A program made the position numbers and the translations under genes. A stretch of 64,000 nucleotides of DNA, from contig JAISQE010000067.1 in assembly GCA_031274425.1 (NCBI GenBank), positions 1 through 64,000 on the forward strand. The letters are read 5' to 3'. Below, piece after piece: positions 9,468 through 20,298 of the stretch. The notes under the pieces were generated by a model. That model was not told the DNA's origin. It worked only from the letters and a program-made list of their open reading frames with translations, and searched no databases. Within the stretch, counting starts at the first letter, position 1. Each line of letters begins with the position of its first letter. Source of the DNA: Synergistaceae bacterium (GTDB lineage: Bacteria > Synergistota > Synergistia > Synergistales > Aminobacteriaceae).

Positions 9468-9821
9468 CTATTTCAGCGTGGATTTTGCTTGAGCGACAAG
9501 TTCACGGAACGCGGTCATATCGTGAATGGCCAGCTCCGAGAGCATTTTACGATTCATCGTGACGCCCGCTTTTTTGATGCCGTTGATGAAGGTGCTGTAG
9601 CTCATACCCTCCGCGCGAGTCGCCGCGCTGATGCGTGTGATCCATAGTTTGCGATAATCTCGTTTTTTGCGTTTTCTATCGCCGTAAGCCCTGGAAAGAG
9701 CGGCTAAAAAGGCTTCTTTCGCCCGGCGATATACATTTTTATGCTGACCCCAATATCCTTTTGTAATGGAAAAAAGTTTTTTCCTCTTTTGATTGCTGAT
9801 GCTTCCGCCTTTGACGCGCAT
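9468..9821 (-). CDS. rplT: 50S ribosomal protein L20
   Basis: 117 aa, canonical L20 sequence. Confidence 0.95.
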   Translation of the reverse strand: MRVKGGSISNQKRKKLFSITKGYWGQHKNVYRRAKEAFLAALSRAYGDRKRKKRDYRKLWITRISAATRAEGMSYSTFINGIKKAGVTMNRKMLSELAIHDMTAFRELVAQAKSTLK

Positions 9822-9882
9822 TCAACTTCATCCTTTCGTTAAGAAGTGCTCGAAATTTACTCGAATAAAGAGTCTCGACGCC

Positions 9883-10080
9883 CTAGGCGTAGGGAAGCAT
9901 CCTCTTCATCTGGTCCATGAGGGTAGGGGAGACATACCCTGTTTTGCGCATCCTGCGCGTGCGTTTGGCGCTTTTGTGCTCCAGAATATGAGAGCGTCCA
10001 ACCTTACGATAAGCGAGCTTACCTGTCGCCGTATAAGAAAACCTTTTCTTCGCACCGGAGTGCGACTTCAATTTCGGCAT
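9883..10080 (-). CDS. rpmI: 50S ribosomal protein L35
   Basis: [14 protein letters not shown]...; start at the internal Met of the 71-aa ORF. Confidence 0.9.
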   Translation of the reverse strand: MPKLKSHSGAKKRFSYTATGKLAYRKVGRSHILEHKSAKRTRRMRKTGYVSPTLMDQMKRMLPYA

Positions 10081-10211
10081 ACGAATGTCCCCTTCCAATG
10101 TAAACGGCGTCTACGCCGTCGTCGATTTTTACACATTTTTAAAAATGTCAAAAACATTTCCTTCCGCCGGAGCGGAAAGCAACCGGTCCGTAAGACCCGC
10201 CGGCTCTATGT

Positions 10212-10805
10212 TCATGCCGAATCCTCCGTGGCGGCGGCGGATTCTAGAGTTTCCTCTTTCGGTTTGATTTTTTCCTTTTTTGTTTCCGATTTTGCTTCTG
10301 AAGGCGGAATCGACGCGCCCGTATGGCTTTTCTTGGGTTTGGCCGGCGCGACGGGGGTCAACATGATGCGCATGTAACGCCCCTCCATTTTGGGCGAACC
10401 CTCATTTTTGCCCAGGCCCTCGCATTCCGCGACGACGCGGTTCAGCACCTCTTCTCCTTTGGAAAGAAAAGACATCTCGCGCCCTCTGAAAAACACGGAG
10501 ACTTTCACCCGATGCCCTTCTTCAAGGAAATTTTTTATGGCCCGCACTTTGAAGTCGTAATCATGCTCGTCGATTTTGGGGCGCATTTTCATTTCCTTCA
10601 ACGTTTGCACCTTTTGTTTTTTGCGGGCGTCTTTTTCTTTCTTTTGGAGCTGGTATCGGTATTTGCCGTAGTCCATGATCCGGCATACCGGCGGTTTCGC
10701 CAAAGGCGCCACTTCCACCAAATCCAGCATACGCTCCTCGGCCATCTTCACAGCCTCAACTGTCGCAATCTGCCCGACCTTGACTCCATTCTCGTCTACC
10801 AACAA
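10212..10805 (-). CDS. infC: translation initiation factor IF-3 (start codon uncertain, probably non-canonical)
   Basis: IF3 N- and C-domains. Frame stays open upstream of the TTG at 10805 (…EPRINNEITSPQV LLVDENG) with no ATG/GTG/TTG. IF3 genes classically start with AUU/AUC. Confidence 0.85.
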   Translation of the reverse strand: MLVDENGVKVGQIATVEAVKMAEERMLDLVEVAPLAKPPVCRIMDYGKYRYQLQKKEKDARKKQKVQTLKEMKMRPKIDEHDYDFKVRAIKNFLEEGHRVKVSVFFRGREMSFLSKGEEVLNRVVAECEGLGKNEGSPKMEGRYMRIMLTPVAPAKPKKSHTGASIPPSEAKSETKKEKIKPKEETLESAAATEDSA

Positions 10806-11399
10806 AACCTGTGGAGAAGTGATTTCGTTATTGATTCTGGGCTCATCTTCTTCAGTTCTCGGGACTATAGCCTTTCACCTCCAGATTTTATAAAAAGCCT
10901 GAAAAGATGCTTCTCAAGCCTAAAACAACAAAAAAGGACCTACCTTTTGGCGGCCCCCGAATACAATACCATCATTTGCTTTTTTCCACGATGGAATTTT
11001 AACCAGGCAACAAAAAAACATCGCGCAGGTGAGAGGGGCTGACCTCTACTTTAACCGATTCGATTATGAAATATACCATACTTTCTTTTGACATACAACC
11101 TAATTTCTCGAATTTTTGTAGTGACTCAAACTTCGTTTTTAAAGCAAGGCCCTTGAAAAATCGATAATGGATAACAAAAACAAGCTAAAAAGAAACAGCA
11201 TGAGTTCTCTTTTTCCGATGATGGTCCGATGATCCATTCTTTCATTGCTCGTTGTGATCGCAGATCATGGCTAGTTAGGATATAATAAAAAGAAAAATCC
11301 CATTTGCGACAAAACATGCTGTTTGCACATTCATTATTCTTTTAAAAAAAATTATGGAATAGTGTTGTTTTCATCTAATCCAAAGGGAGCGGGGATGTC

Positions 11400-12227
11400 A
11401 TGGCAAAGGTAACGATTCAGAAATTGTACGAGATGAAGGGCAAGGGGGAGAAAATTTCCTACGTCACGGCCTATGATTTTGGGCAGGCGAGCTTGGTCGA
11501 AAAGGCGGAAATAGAAATGATCCTCGTCGGAGACTCTCTTTCCATGACCATGCTGGGTAACGCCTCCACCGTTCCATTGACGACCGACGAAATGATCCAT
11601 CACATCAAAGCTGTCGTCAGGGGGGCGTCCTCGCCCATGATCGTGGGCGATCTCGTCTTCGGCTCCTACAACGAGGGCCCGGAACAGGCCATCCGCAGCG
11701 CCAACCGACTGCTGAAGGAGGGCGGCTGCGACGTCGTAAAGCTCGAGGGCTGTATGCCCGAGATCGTCTCGGCTATGGTGAAAGCGGGCATCGGAGTCCA
11801 GGGGCATATCGGCCTGACCCCTCAGACCGCGGGGTTGCTCGGAGGCTTCAAACTGCAGGGCAAAAATCTGGACGCGGCGAAAAGGATCATCGATGAGGCC
11901 AAAGCCCTCGAACAGGCGGGTGCGTTTTCCCTCGTGGTGGAATGCGTCCCCGAGGAACTGGGGCGCGCGATCACCGAGGCCGTCAAAATGCCCGTCATCG
12001 GCATCGGCGCCGGGCGCTGGTGCGACGGCCAGGTGCTGGTGTACCACGATTTACTTGGTCTGTTCGACCGATTTACTCCGAAGTTCGTGAAAAAGTACGC
12101 CAACATTGGCGATCAAATCGTCAATGCCCTGAAGGACTACAAAGACGAGGTGCGTGGGGTGAAATTCCCGAGCGACGAGTACGTCTTCGGCGGCGTCACT
12201 CGGGAAGACATCGAGAAAATACGCTGA
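11400..12227 (+). CDS. panB: 3-methyl-2-oxobutanoate hydroxymethyltransferase
   Basis: KISYVTAYDF...ILVGDSLSMTMLG... PanB signature; RBS GGGAGCGGGG upstream. Confidence 0.9.
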   Translation: MAKVTIQKLYEMKGKGEKISYVTAYDFGQASLVEKAEIEMILVGDSLSMTMLGNASTVPLTTDEMIHHIKAVVRGASSPMIVGDLVFGSYNEGPEQAIRSANRLLKEGGCDVVKLEGCMPEIVSAMVKAGIGVQGHIGLTPQTAGLLGGFKLQGKNLDAAKRIIDEAKALEQAGAFSLVVECVPEELGRAITEAVKMPVIGIGAGRWCDGQVLVYHDLLGLFDRFTPKFVKKYANIGDQIVNALKDYKDEVRGVKFPSDEYVFGGVTREDIEKIR

Positions 12228-12299
12228 AGCCGCGCCTTTATGGTAGCAAGACATGAATCCGCTATGAGCGCTTTAGCGAGTATGAGCGAAAGTTTGAAG

Positions 12300-13238
12300 A
12301 TGAAGATGAAGACAGTAATACTGGGATCCGGAGCAATGGGTTGCCTTTATGGCGGAATGCTGGCGGAAGCCGGATATGATGTCGTTCTGATCGACGTATG
12401 GAAGGAACATATAGATGCCGTCAACGCTTCGGGTCTGAAAATCGAGGGGTTGAGCGGTGATCGAACCGTCCGCAATATTCGGGGCGTCACGAATCCCGCC
12501 GACGCGGGGTCGGCGGATCTGGTGATCGTTTTTGTCAAGGCCACGACGACAGAACAGGCGATGCGCGGCGCCCTCTGCCTAGTTGGAGAGGACACGACCG
12601 TACTCACGCTGCAAAACGGGCTTGGAAACGTGGAAAAGCTTTGCGACGTCGTCGACGCCTCGCGCGTTGTAGCGGGGACGACGGGGCATGGATCGACTCT
12701 CGTCGAGCCGGGACACATCCGCCATGCCGGCGCGGGGGACACCGTGGTCGGGTTCCCGAAGAGCGGGGAATCGAACGACCGCGTCGAAACGCTCGCCGCG
12801 CTCTTAAACGGGGCGAAACTGACGACCCGTGTTTCCACGAACGTCATGGGACTGATCTGGACCAAGCTGGTCGTCAACATTGGCATCAATGCTCTCACCG
12901 CTCTGACGGGCCTGAAGAACGGACGGCTCGTCGACATTCCCGAAACGATGGAACTGATGGAGATGGCTGTCGCGGAGGCCTGCGCCGTCGCGGAAGCGAA
13001 GGGCATTCGTTTCGAGGTTGACAACCCGCTGAAACACACGATGCACATCGCAAGGCTGACGGCCGCCAATCGTTCGTCGATGCTGCAGGATGTGACGGCC
13101 AAACGCCCGACCGAGGTTTCCGTGATCAACGGAGCCATTGTTGAAGAGGGCAAACGGCTCGGCATTGCCACACCGGTCAACGCCGTTCTGACCAACCTGG
13201 TGCTGACGAGGCAGAAGACATACGAAGAAATTCAATAA
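12300..13238 (+). CDS. panE: 2-dehydropantoate 2-reductase
   Basis: MKMKTVILGSGAMGCLYGGML Rossmann N-terminus plus ApbA C-terminal domain. Start placed at the internal Met; exact start uncertain (12240-12306). Confidence 0.8.
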   Translation: MKMKTVILGSGAMGCLYGGMLAEAGYDVVLIDVWKEHIDAVNASGLKIEGLSGDRTVRNIRGVTNPADAGSADLVIVFVKATTTEQAMRGALCLVGEDTTVLTLQNGLGNVEKLCDVVDASRVVAGTTGHGSTLVEPGHIRHAGAGDTVVGFPKSGESNDRVETLAALLNGAKLTTRVSTNVMGLIWTKLVVNIGINALTALTGLKNGRLVDIPETMELMEMAVAEACAVAEAKGIRFEVDNPLKHTMHIARLTAANRSSMLQDVTAKRPTEVSVINGAIVEEGKRLGIATPVNAVLTNLVLTRQKTYEEIQ

Positions 13239-13266
13239 ATCTAAAAACTCAGGAGGGATATGTACT

Positions 13267-14262
13267 ATGAAAAATTGTATTCGAAACGTTGCTCTGTTGC
13301 TTTTGATCGTTCTGCTCCACTCCGCCCCCGCCCTCGCCGCGCCCAAATTCTCCTTCAGACTGGGACACGCCGTCCCGGAGGAGAACGCATACCATTACGG
13401 CGCGACGAAGTTCGCCGAACTGGTGGAGGCAAAGACCAACGGCGAGGTCCACATCGACGTGTTCCCGAACAACCAGCTGGGCACGGGAGAGCGCGACCTC
13501 ATCGAGGGACTTCAGCTGGGGACCGTCGATATTTACGTGGGCTCTACGGGACCTATGGGAGGTTTCGAGAAACGATTTCTGCTTTTCGACTTCCCTTTTC
13601 TTTTCAGGGATAAAAAACACGTGTATTCCGTGCTGGATGGCGAGATCGGACAGCATATCCTGAGCTTGCTGGACGCAAAGGGCATGCGCGGCTTGGCGTG
13701 GATGGAGAACGGGTTCCGCAACCTCACCAATGTGAAACGAGCCGTCAATGGCGTCGAAGACGTCAAAGGACTAAAGATCCGTACAATGGAAAATAAAGTG
13801 CACATGGCGATGTGGCGCACACTAGGCGTCGACCCGACCCCTATGGCCTGGAGCGAGGTCTTCACCGCTCTGCAGCAGGGAACCATCGACGGACAGGAGA
13901 ACCCCATTCCCGTGATCTACACCTCGAAACTTTACGAGGTGCAAAAGCACCTCTCCCTGACCCGTCACGTTTTTTCCCCAGCCATGATTGTCGTGGCGAA
14001 GTCGGTTTTTGACTCCCTGCCCGAGGAGTACAGGACAATTTTCGCGGAAGCCGCGCAGGAGGCCGCGCTTTATGAGCGTGAGGTCTGCGACAAAATGGAA
14101 AACGAGTTCATCGAGTCTCTGAAGCAAAACGGCATGGAAGTTACGACTCCCGACCTCGCCTCGTTCCAGGAGGCGTGCAAGAGCGTATACGAGGAGTTCA
14201 AGGGAGAGCTCGACGAGGACGCCGGGCTGCTGGATCAGATTATCGCGATGGGTAAAGAATAA
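13267..14262 (+). CDS. TRAP transporter substrate-binding protein, DctP family
   Basis: Signal peptide; DctP-family fold motifs. Confidence 0.85.
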   Translation: MKNCIRNVALLLLIVLLHSAPALAAPKFSFRLGHAVPEENAYHYGATKFAELVEAKTNGEVHIDVFPNNQLGTGERDLIEGLQLGTVDIYVGSTGPMGGFEKRFLLFDFPFLFRDKKHVYSVLDGEIGQHILSLLDAKGMRGLAWMENGFRNLTNVKRAVNGVEDVKGLKIRTMENKVHMAMWRTLGVDPTPMAWSEVFTALQQGTIDGQENPIPVIYTSKLYEVQKHLSLTRHVFSPAMIVVAKSVFDSLPEEYRTIFAEAAQEAALYEREVCDKMENEFIESLKQNGMEVTTPDLASFQEACKSVYEEFKGELDEDAGLLDQIIAMGKE

Positions 14263-14277
14263 GGAAGGAATCGTCGC

Positions 14278-14784
14278 GTGGGAACCTGCAGGAAAACGCT
14301 GGACCACATTCAGCGGCTGACGGAATACGTCCTGTTTCTTATGGTGGCGGCGATGGTCGTCATCGTATTCGCGCAGGTGATTTTTCGTTTCGTTCTGCGT
14401 GCGTCTCTGCCCTGGTCGGAGGAGGCCGCTCGTTACATCATGGTCTGGATCTCCATGCTGGGTGCCGGCATCGGAATTCGCCGTAAGGGGCATATCGGAG
14501 TCGAGGCGGTGGTCATGCTTCTTCCCTCCGCGCTCAAAAAAGCCGTCGCCGTCCTGACGGCCCTGATCGCGTCCGGCTTTTTCCTCGGCATGGTCGTGTA
14601 CGGAGTGCAAATCTGTCGGGTCGTCGCGGCTCAGGAGTCTCCCGCTATGGAAATTTCAATGGCGATTCCTTACAGTTCCTTGGTCGCCGGAGGGCTCTTG
14701 ATGCTTTTCTATTCTCTGGAAGAGGCCCTGAACCTGACGATTGCCCCCGCGTCGTTGGAGGAGTTGGAGGAGGGCGGACGATGA
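14278..14784 (+). CDS. TRAP transporter small permease, DctQ family
   Basis: 168 aa, 4 TM; sits between dctP and dctM. Confidence 0.85.
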   Translation: MGTCRKTLDHIQRLTEYVLFLMVAAMVVIVFAQVIFRFVLRASLPWSEEAARYIMVWISMLGAGIGIRRKGHIGVEAVVMLLPSALKKAVAVLTALIASGFFLGMVVYGVQICRVVAAQESPAMEISMAIPYSSLVAGGLLMLFYSLEEALNLTIAPASLEELEEGGR

Positions 14785-16058
14785 TTACGATTCTTTTCGC
14801 CGCCCTGATCGTCTTTTTCGTCCTGAACATCCCCATAGCGATCGCCATCGGTTCGGCGACGTTTTTGGCGCTTTTCGTCAGCCCGATCCCTCCGATTGTC
14901 CTCGTTCAGAAGATGTTCACCGCCATGGATTCGTTCCCTCTGATGGCCGTGCCCTTCTTTATTCTGGCCGGGGCGCTGATGGAAAACGGCGGGATTTCTC
15001 GCCGCCTCATCCACCTGGCCAACACCTTCGTGGGGCATTTCGCCGGAGGGCTCGCTTTCGTCGCGATCATCGCCAGCATGTTCTTCGGCGCTATTTCCGG
15101 CGCGGCGGCGGCATGCGTCGCGGCCATCGGGTCCGTGATCATCCCAGAAATGGTCGCCCGCGGATATGGAAAGCCCTACACCGCAGCCGTTCAGGCAACG
15201 GCGGGAACGTTGGGCGTCATGATCCCCCCGAGCATTCCCATGATCATCTACGGGGTCATGACCGGCGTCTCGATCGGCGCACTTTTCATGGCGGGCTTTA
15301 TTCCCGGCGTTCTGGTGGGTGCGTCCCTGATGTTTGCGGCGTGGCGCATCGCGCGCAAACGCGGCTACCGGGGCGAGCGGCGCTTCACATGGAGCGAGCG
15401 CAAGGCCGCCTTCAAGGACGCGTTCTGGGCGCTCCTGATGCCCGTGATCATCCTGGGCGGCATCTACGGAGGAGTATTCACTCCGACGGAGGCTGCGGTC
15501 ATCGCGGTGGTCTACGGGCTCTTCGTCGGCTTCTTCATGTACAGGGAACTGCACTTCGCCCAGATGAAGAGCATCTTCGTCAACTGCGCGGTCAGTACGG
15601 CGATCGTCATGTTCATCATCGCGACGTCCTCCGCGTTCAGTTGGGTCATCACCTCGAAGCGCGTGCCTCAGATGGTCGCGGAGGGAATGTTGGCGTTCTC
15701 CTCGAACCCTTTCGTCATCCTCCTGATGGTCAACCTGCTGCTGCTTTTCATCGGCACCTTCATGGAAACGGTCGCCTCCATCATCATTTTGGTTCCCGTG
15801 CTGTTGCCCGTGCTGAAAAGCATCGGCGTCGATCCTCTGCACTTCGGCATCGTCATCGTGGTCAACCTTGCCATCGGCATGGTGACCCCGCCCTTGGGGG
15901 TCTGTCTTTTCGTGAGCTGCGGCATCGCCAAAATTTCGCTGGAGGACATTTCCCGCGCCGCGCTTCCCTTCATCGCGGTGATGATTCTGGACGTGTTGCT
16001 GCTGACCGCTTTCCCGGCGCTCAGCACCGTTCTTCCCAAACTGATGGGACTGTATTGA
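14781..16058 (+). CDS. TRAP transporter large permease, DctM family
   Basis: 425 aa polytopic protein; 4-nt overlap with dctQ. Confidence 0.9.
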   Translation: MITILFAALIVFFVLNIPIAIAIGSATFLALFVSPIPPIVLVQKMFTAMDSFPLMAVPFFILAGALMENGGISRRLIHLANTFVGHFAGGLAFVAIIASMFFGAISGAAAACVAAIGSVIIPEMVARGYGKPYTAAVQATAGTLGVMIPPSIPMIIYGVMTGVSIGALFMAGFIPGVLVGASLMFAAWRIARKRGYRGERRFTWSERKAAFKDAFWALLMPVIILGGIYGGVFTPTEAAVIAVVYGLFVGFFMYRELHFAQMKSIFVNCAVSTAIVMFIIATSSAFSWVITSKRVPQMVAEGMLAFSSNPFVILLMVNLLLLFIGTFMETVASIIILVPVLLPVLKSIGVDPLHFGIVIVVNLAIGMVTPPLGVCLFVSCGIAKISLEDISRAALPFIAVMILDVLLLTAFPALSTVLPKLMGLY

Positions 16059-16147
16059 TCAAGCGCCGGGGTCGCCACGCGTGGGCAATCGCCGCCTACG
16101 TTTTGAGTTTTGAGAAGTGGTTCCCGATGAATGACCACGCGTGTCGG

Positions 16148-17305
16148 TCACAAATACTTTTCAAAAGCGCTGATGAGAACGGGGATTTCATCCTCCTCTA
16201 GGCACTGCGGATTGATGACGAGTTCGGCGCCGGAAAGTCCGGTATAAATTTGCGGGTCGAGCCCCAGAAGTTCCGCATAAAGCTGCGGGGCCGTTTTACG
16301 GGTAGGTTTGACGTACACTCTCAGGATGTCGGCGGGTTGTATGCCGGGTTCCGTGGGAAATCCCTCCCGCACGGCGGCGTAAGGGATTTGAGATAGTTTT
16401 TCGCTGATCCGGCGCGTCATGGACTCCCAAATGACGACCTGCCGGTCGTAATCTTTGGCGACGAACAACTCCACCGCTTTTACGATGCCGGCGATGGTTT
16501 CCTTGTCGATTTTCATGGCGCGCCCGATGCTATAGTTGGGACAACAATTGGCGTCGCAGGCGGCGACCAGTTCCGCGTTCCCTAGGATCAAACCGGAGGA
16601 CTGAGGTCCGCGCAGTTCCTTGCCTCCGCTGAAAATCACCAGATCCGCGCCTTTTTCCAGATATTTGCGAATGTTGGATTTGGGGGGAATTTCCGCTGCG
16701 GCGTCTACAACTACGGGAACTTTGTACTTTTTCAAGATGGGGATGATGAGGCTCAAGTCGATGGAGCCGCGCATCGGCTCGGCTTCCGATGCGTAAAAGA
16801 AAAGCGCGGTCCGGTCGGAAACGGCGGCCTCCACCTGCTCGACGCAGGCAAAAGATGTCGTGCCGATTTCCTTCACTTTTATACCGGAAAGCAACAGCGC
16901 TTGATCGTATAACGTCCTGTGGCACTTGAGCACCAAGGCTTCATCCGGCATACCCGCGGTGTCGGGAAGCTGGAGTTTTTTCGCCTCGTCCCCGCGCGTC
17001 ATGCACGCGGCGGCCGCAATCGCGATGCCGGCAGCCGCGCCGCACGTTATGCAGCACGCGTCGACTCCCAGCAGTGCCGCGATGCGCTTGCCGGCGGCCT
17101 CGTGCAGCGTCGAGATTTCGACATAATGCCTCGAAGCCTCCCTCATGGCTTCGAGCACCTCCGGCGCCATCTTGGAACCGCCGACCTTCGTCACCGTACC
17201 CCACGCGTTGACCATTGTCTTCACATTCAGTTGTTCGTATATCGATTGCGTCATCGTATCGTCAGCGTCTTCTTTCTTTAAAAAATATCGATCTGAAACT
17301 TCCAT
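16148..17305 (-). CDS. SelA-like PLP-dependent enzyme (L-seryl-tRNA selenium transferase-related / DgaE-like family)
   Basis: 385 aa with SelA-related fold motifs. TAGATG junction with the upstream PIG-L gene. Confidence 0.6.
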   Translation of the reverse strand: MEVSDRYFLKKEDADDTMTQSIYEQLNVKTMVNAWGTVTKVGGSKMAPEVLEAMREASRHYVEISTLHEAAGKRIAALLGVDACCITCGAAAGIAIAAAACMTRGDEAKKLQLPDTAGMPDEALVLKCHRTLYDQALLLSGIKVKEIGTTSFACVEQVEAAVSDRTALFFYASEAEPMRGSIDLSLIIPILKKYKVPVVVDAAAEIPPKSNIRKYLEKGADLVIFSGGKELRGPQSSGLILGNAELVAACDANCCPNYSIGRAMKIDKETIAGIVKAVELFVAKDYDRQVVIWESMTRRISEKLSQIPYAAVREGFPTEPGIQPADILRVYVKPTRKTAPQLYAELLGLDPQIYTGLSGAELVINPQCLEEDEIPVLISAFEKYL

Positions 17306-18109
17306 CTAAATAATATGCCGATATTTTTCATAGTATCGCAGGTCTTCCCTTATCGGTTTCGATTCGATCAAGGCTTTCTTGATAAAATCCCGTTTATCTT
17401 TATAGAGCGGGTACCCGTTTACCGCCAGGTGCTCCTTCCACATATTATCGATGGGTGTCTGATGCATCTCGATCGCATCTATCTTTTTTTCAAGGACGTC
17501 CGAGATATCCACAATCAAATTGCTCTCCTGCGGGCCGCGCGCGCAATAATATTTTTCGGTCACAAAATGCGGAACAATCCCCATGTCTTTGAGTTCCGGC
17601 AAGTCGAGTTGCCGACCGGACATCCAGCAGGCCTGCTCTACCGCCATGGCGGTGATGTAGTGGTCAGGGTTTTCCTCGTAGTGCCCCCAAGGGTCAAATG
17701 AAATCACCGTGTCGACTTTTAAAAAACGGAACAACGCAATCAACCTGTGGCGCATTTCCGTTAAAAGAGCATGATCCAGATAATGATTCTTGTAGTTGAG
17801 ATCGTATACTTTTTGAATTCCGAAAAAATTGGCAACCGCCCGTGTTTCCTGTTCGATGCGGAATATGGTCTCCCCTGCCGTGAGGTCGTATGAATCCATT
17901 TCATCATTGGAGGTGCGGATGAAATATCCGGCGTACCCCTCGCCGATCAATTTGATGATCAACCCCCCCGCGGATAGGGAAAAATCGTCGGAATGAGGAA
18001 ATACCGCCGCACATACTTTCCCTTTGTGGGGAGAGCCCTTTTTCCAGGTCTCGATAACGATGTCGTCCATGCCGAATTTGACTCCCCTTTGCGCCTTAAA
18101 GCACGGCAT
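17306..18109 (-). CDS. PIG-L/LmbE family deacetylase
   Basis: AVFPHSDDFSLSAGG metal-binding motif typical of PIG-L N-acetyl deacetylases. Start could be the internal MDDIV. Confidence 0.75.
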   Translation of the reverse strand: MPCFKAQRGVKFGMDDIVIETWKKGSPHKGKVCAAVFPHSDDFSLSAGGLIIKLIGEGYAGYFIRTSNDEMDSYDLTAGETIFRIEQETRAVANFFGIQKVYDLNYKNHYLDHALLTEMRHRLIALFRFLKVDTVISFDPWGHYEENPDHYITAMAVEQACWMSGRQLDLPELKDMGIVPHFVTEKYYCARGPQESNLIVDISDVLEKKIDAIEMHQTPIDNMWKEHLAVNGYPLYKDKRDFIKKALIESKPIREDLRYYEKYRHII

Positions 18110-18124
18110 TGCCTGTTATCGGCG

Positions 18125-18892
18125 TCAGTTGTTGAATGTAGAGAGAAACTCCTTGAGTCTATCGGACTTCCGCTCCTCAAAAATTTCAGTGGGCGTGCCC
18201 ATCGAGGCGATTTTACCATTGTCCATAAAAACGACCTTGTCTGAAACCTCATAGGCAAAACGCATCTCATGCGTGACGATCAACATCGTCGCTCCGTCCG
18301 CGGCAAGTTGTTTGATGACGTTCAAAACCTCGCCTACAAGCTCGGGGTCGAGAGCCGACGTGGGTTCGTCGAACAAAAGAATTTTGGGGTTCATGGCGAT
18401 CGCGCGGGCAATAGCCACTCGTTGCTGTTGTCCGCCCGAGAGTTGCGACGGGCGGGAATGAGTTCTGTCCCCCAGTCCGACGCGCTCCAGCCAACGGGAT
18501 GCCTCTTTTTCCGCCTCCGCCCTAGGAAGTTTTTTTACCTTGCGCAACCCAAGGGAAACATTACCCAACGCCGTCATATGAGGAAACAGATTGAATTGTT
18601 GGAACACCATGCCCGTCAGCAAACGTTGACGAGCAATGATTCTTTCAGGAAAACGCTTTCTTTTAGAGTTTTCCTCGTGATACCCCACCGGATTTCCGTC
18701 CAAAAGAATCGAACCGGCCTGAAACGTTTCCAAAAGGTTGATGCAGCGCAGCAACGTCGTCTTGCCGGAACCGCTGGCGCCGATGATGGACACGACCTCT
18801 CCGGCGTTGACGTCCAAATCCACACCCTCGAAGACCTTCAGGGACCCAAACCATTTCCCCAGTCTTCTGATTCGCAGCAAGCTATCTTCCAT
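18125..18892 (-). CDS. amino-acid ABC transporter ATP-binding protein (polar amino acid type)
   Basis: Walker [28 protein letters not shown] signature, Walker [12 protein letters not shown]. Confidence 0.9.
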   Translation of the reverse strand: MEDSLLRIRRLGKWFGSLKVFEGVDLDVNAGEVVSIIGASGSGKTTLLRCINLLETFQAGSILLDGNPVGYHEENSKRKRFPERIIARQRLLTGMVFQQFNLFPHMTALGNVSLGLRKVKKLPRAEAEKEASRWLERVGLGDRTHSRPSQLSGGQQQRVAIARAIAMNPKILLFDEPTSALDPELVGEVLNVIKQLAADGATMLIVTHEMRFAYEVSDKVVFMDNGKIASMGTPTEIFEERKSDRLKEFLSTFNN

Positions 18893-18897
18893 TAAAA

Positions 18898-19575
18898 TTA
18901 CCCCCCGTCAAAACGAAGTCGTTTCTCGGCCGCTTTGCCCGTAAATTCGATAACGGTGTTCAGCAGAAAATAGATCAGACCGATGAAACAATAATATTTT
19001 AAGGCATGGTTGTTGGTCGCGATCAGTTGTTGCGTTACCAAAAGCAGATCCGAAATGCCGATCAGCATCAATAACGTAGTCCCCTTGACCGTTTCGGTCG
19101 CGCTGTTCACCCAAGGCGGAAGCATTTGGATCAACGCCTGCGGCAGAAGAATGTAGTACAAAATTTGTCCGAAACGAAAACCGATCGCTTTACCGGCCTC
19201 GATTTGTCCTCTAGGAATGGCCTGTAGAGCCCCACGCGTCAATTCGGCCATTTGCGCGGTGTTCGTGACGGAAAGAGCGATAATTCCAGCCATCAGCGCC
19301 GGCAGTTTGACGCCATAAGATCGAAGGAAAACGTCCAGAAAATAATAAATGGTGAAAACGACGACCAACCCAGGAATTCCACGAACCACGTCTACGAAAA
19401 GACGAAAAGGAAACACGACGTACTTACGCGCGAACGTCATGATAAAGCCCATGACGATGCCGCAGAATGAACCGATCGCGATCGCGCAGACAGCCGCGAA
19501 CATCGAATGAAAAATTCCGATAAAAACAGCCATCCTCGCCGCCAGCAAACTTTCCCAAAAACCCACGGGGCTCAT
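18898..19575 (-). CDS. amino-acid ABC transporter permease
   Basis: His/Gln-type permease with EAA-like motif. Confidence 0.85.
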   Translation of the reverse strand: MSPVGFWESLLAARMAVFIGIFHSMFAAVCAIAIGSFCGIVMGFIMTFARKYVVFPFRLFVDVVRGIPGLVVVFTIYYFLDVFLRSYGVKLPALMAGIIALSVTNTAQMAELTRGALQAIPRGQIEAGKAIGFRFGQILYYILLPQALIQMLPPWVNSATETVKGTTLLMLIGISDLLLVTQQLIATNNHALKYYCFIGLIYFLLNTVIEFTGKAAEKRLRFDGG

Positions 19576-19601
19576 GTTTTTTCCTCCGAGTCAGGGGGGC
19601 G

Positions 19602-20261
19602 TCATTGGATTGCGAACCTGCGCTCGATACGCCTCAAAATAAAGGCCATCAGATAGCAGGCGATCACGTAGAGAGCGGCGGTTATCAACCATACTTCGAA
19701 CACCCGAAACGTGAGAGTGTTGATTTTTTTTGCGTTATAGGTCAGCTCTGGGATGGTGATGGACGCGGCAAGCGAGGTATCTTTGAAAAGAGATATCAGA
19801 TAATTGCCCAACGAGGGCAGAACGTTCTTAAACATGATCGGAAGCTGGATGTTCCAGAAAATCTGCAAAGGAGTCAACCCTATAGCCTGACCGGCTTCGA
19901 GAATTCCCGTCGGAATCGCCTCTAACCCCGCGCGGAAAACCTCGGTCATATACGCGCCGGCGTAAAGCGACAGGGCAAAAATAAACGACTCGCTCTTACC
20001 CAGTCGAATATGGAGGTCCGGCAGACCGAAATACGCTATAAAAATCAGCACCAGCAGAGGCGTATTGCGCAAAAGCGTCACATAGAACCGCGCAATCCCT
20101 CTGAGGAGGGGGTGCTTGGAAATCGCCGCAAGCGCCATGAACAATCCCAACGCCATGCCGATCATCAGTGAAGCCAGCGCCAGCAAAAAACCCAGGAGGA
20201 GCCCGTCGAGCAATAAATTTATCTGAGCGAACACGATATTGAAATTCCAAAAATATCTCAA
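19602..20261 (-). CDS. amino-acid ABC transporter permease
   Basis: Second permease of the same family. Confidence 0.85.
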   Translation of the reverse strand: MRYFWNFNIVFAQINLLLDGLLLGFLLALASLMIGMALGLFMALAAISKHPLLRGIARFYVTLLRNTPLLVLIFIAYFGLPDLHIRLGKSESFIFALSLYAGAYMTEVFRAGLEAIPTGILEAGQAIGLTPLQIFWNIQLPIMFKNVLPSLGNYLISLFKDTSLAASITIPELTYNAKKINTLTFRVFEVWLITAALYVIACYLMAFILRRIERRFAIQ

Positions 20262-20298
20262 TCGTTCTACCTCCTGGATGAAACTCTAAACGACGGGC

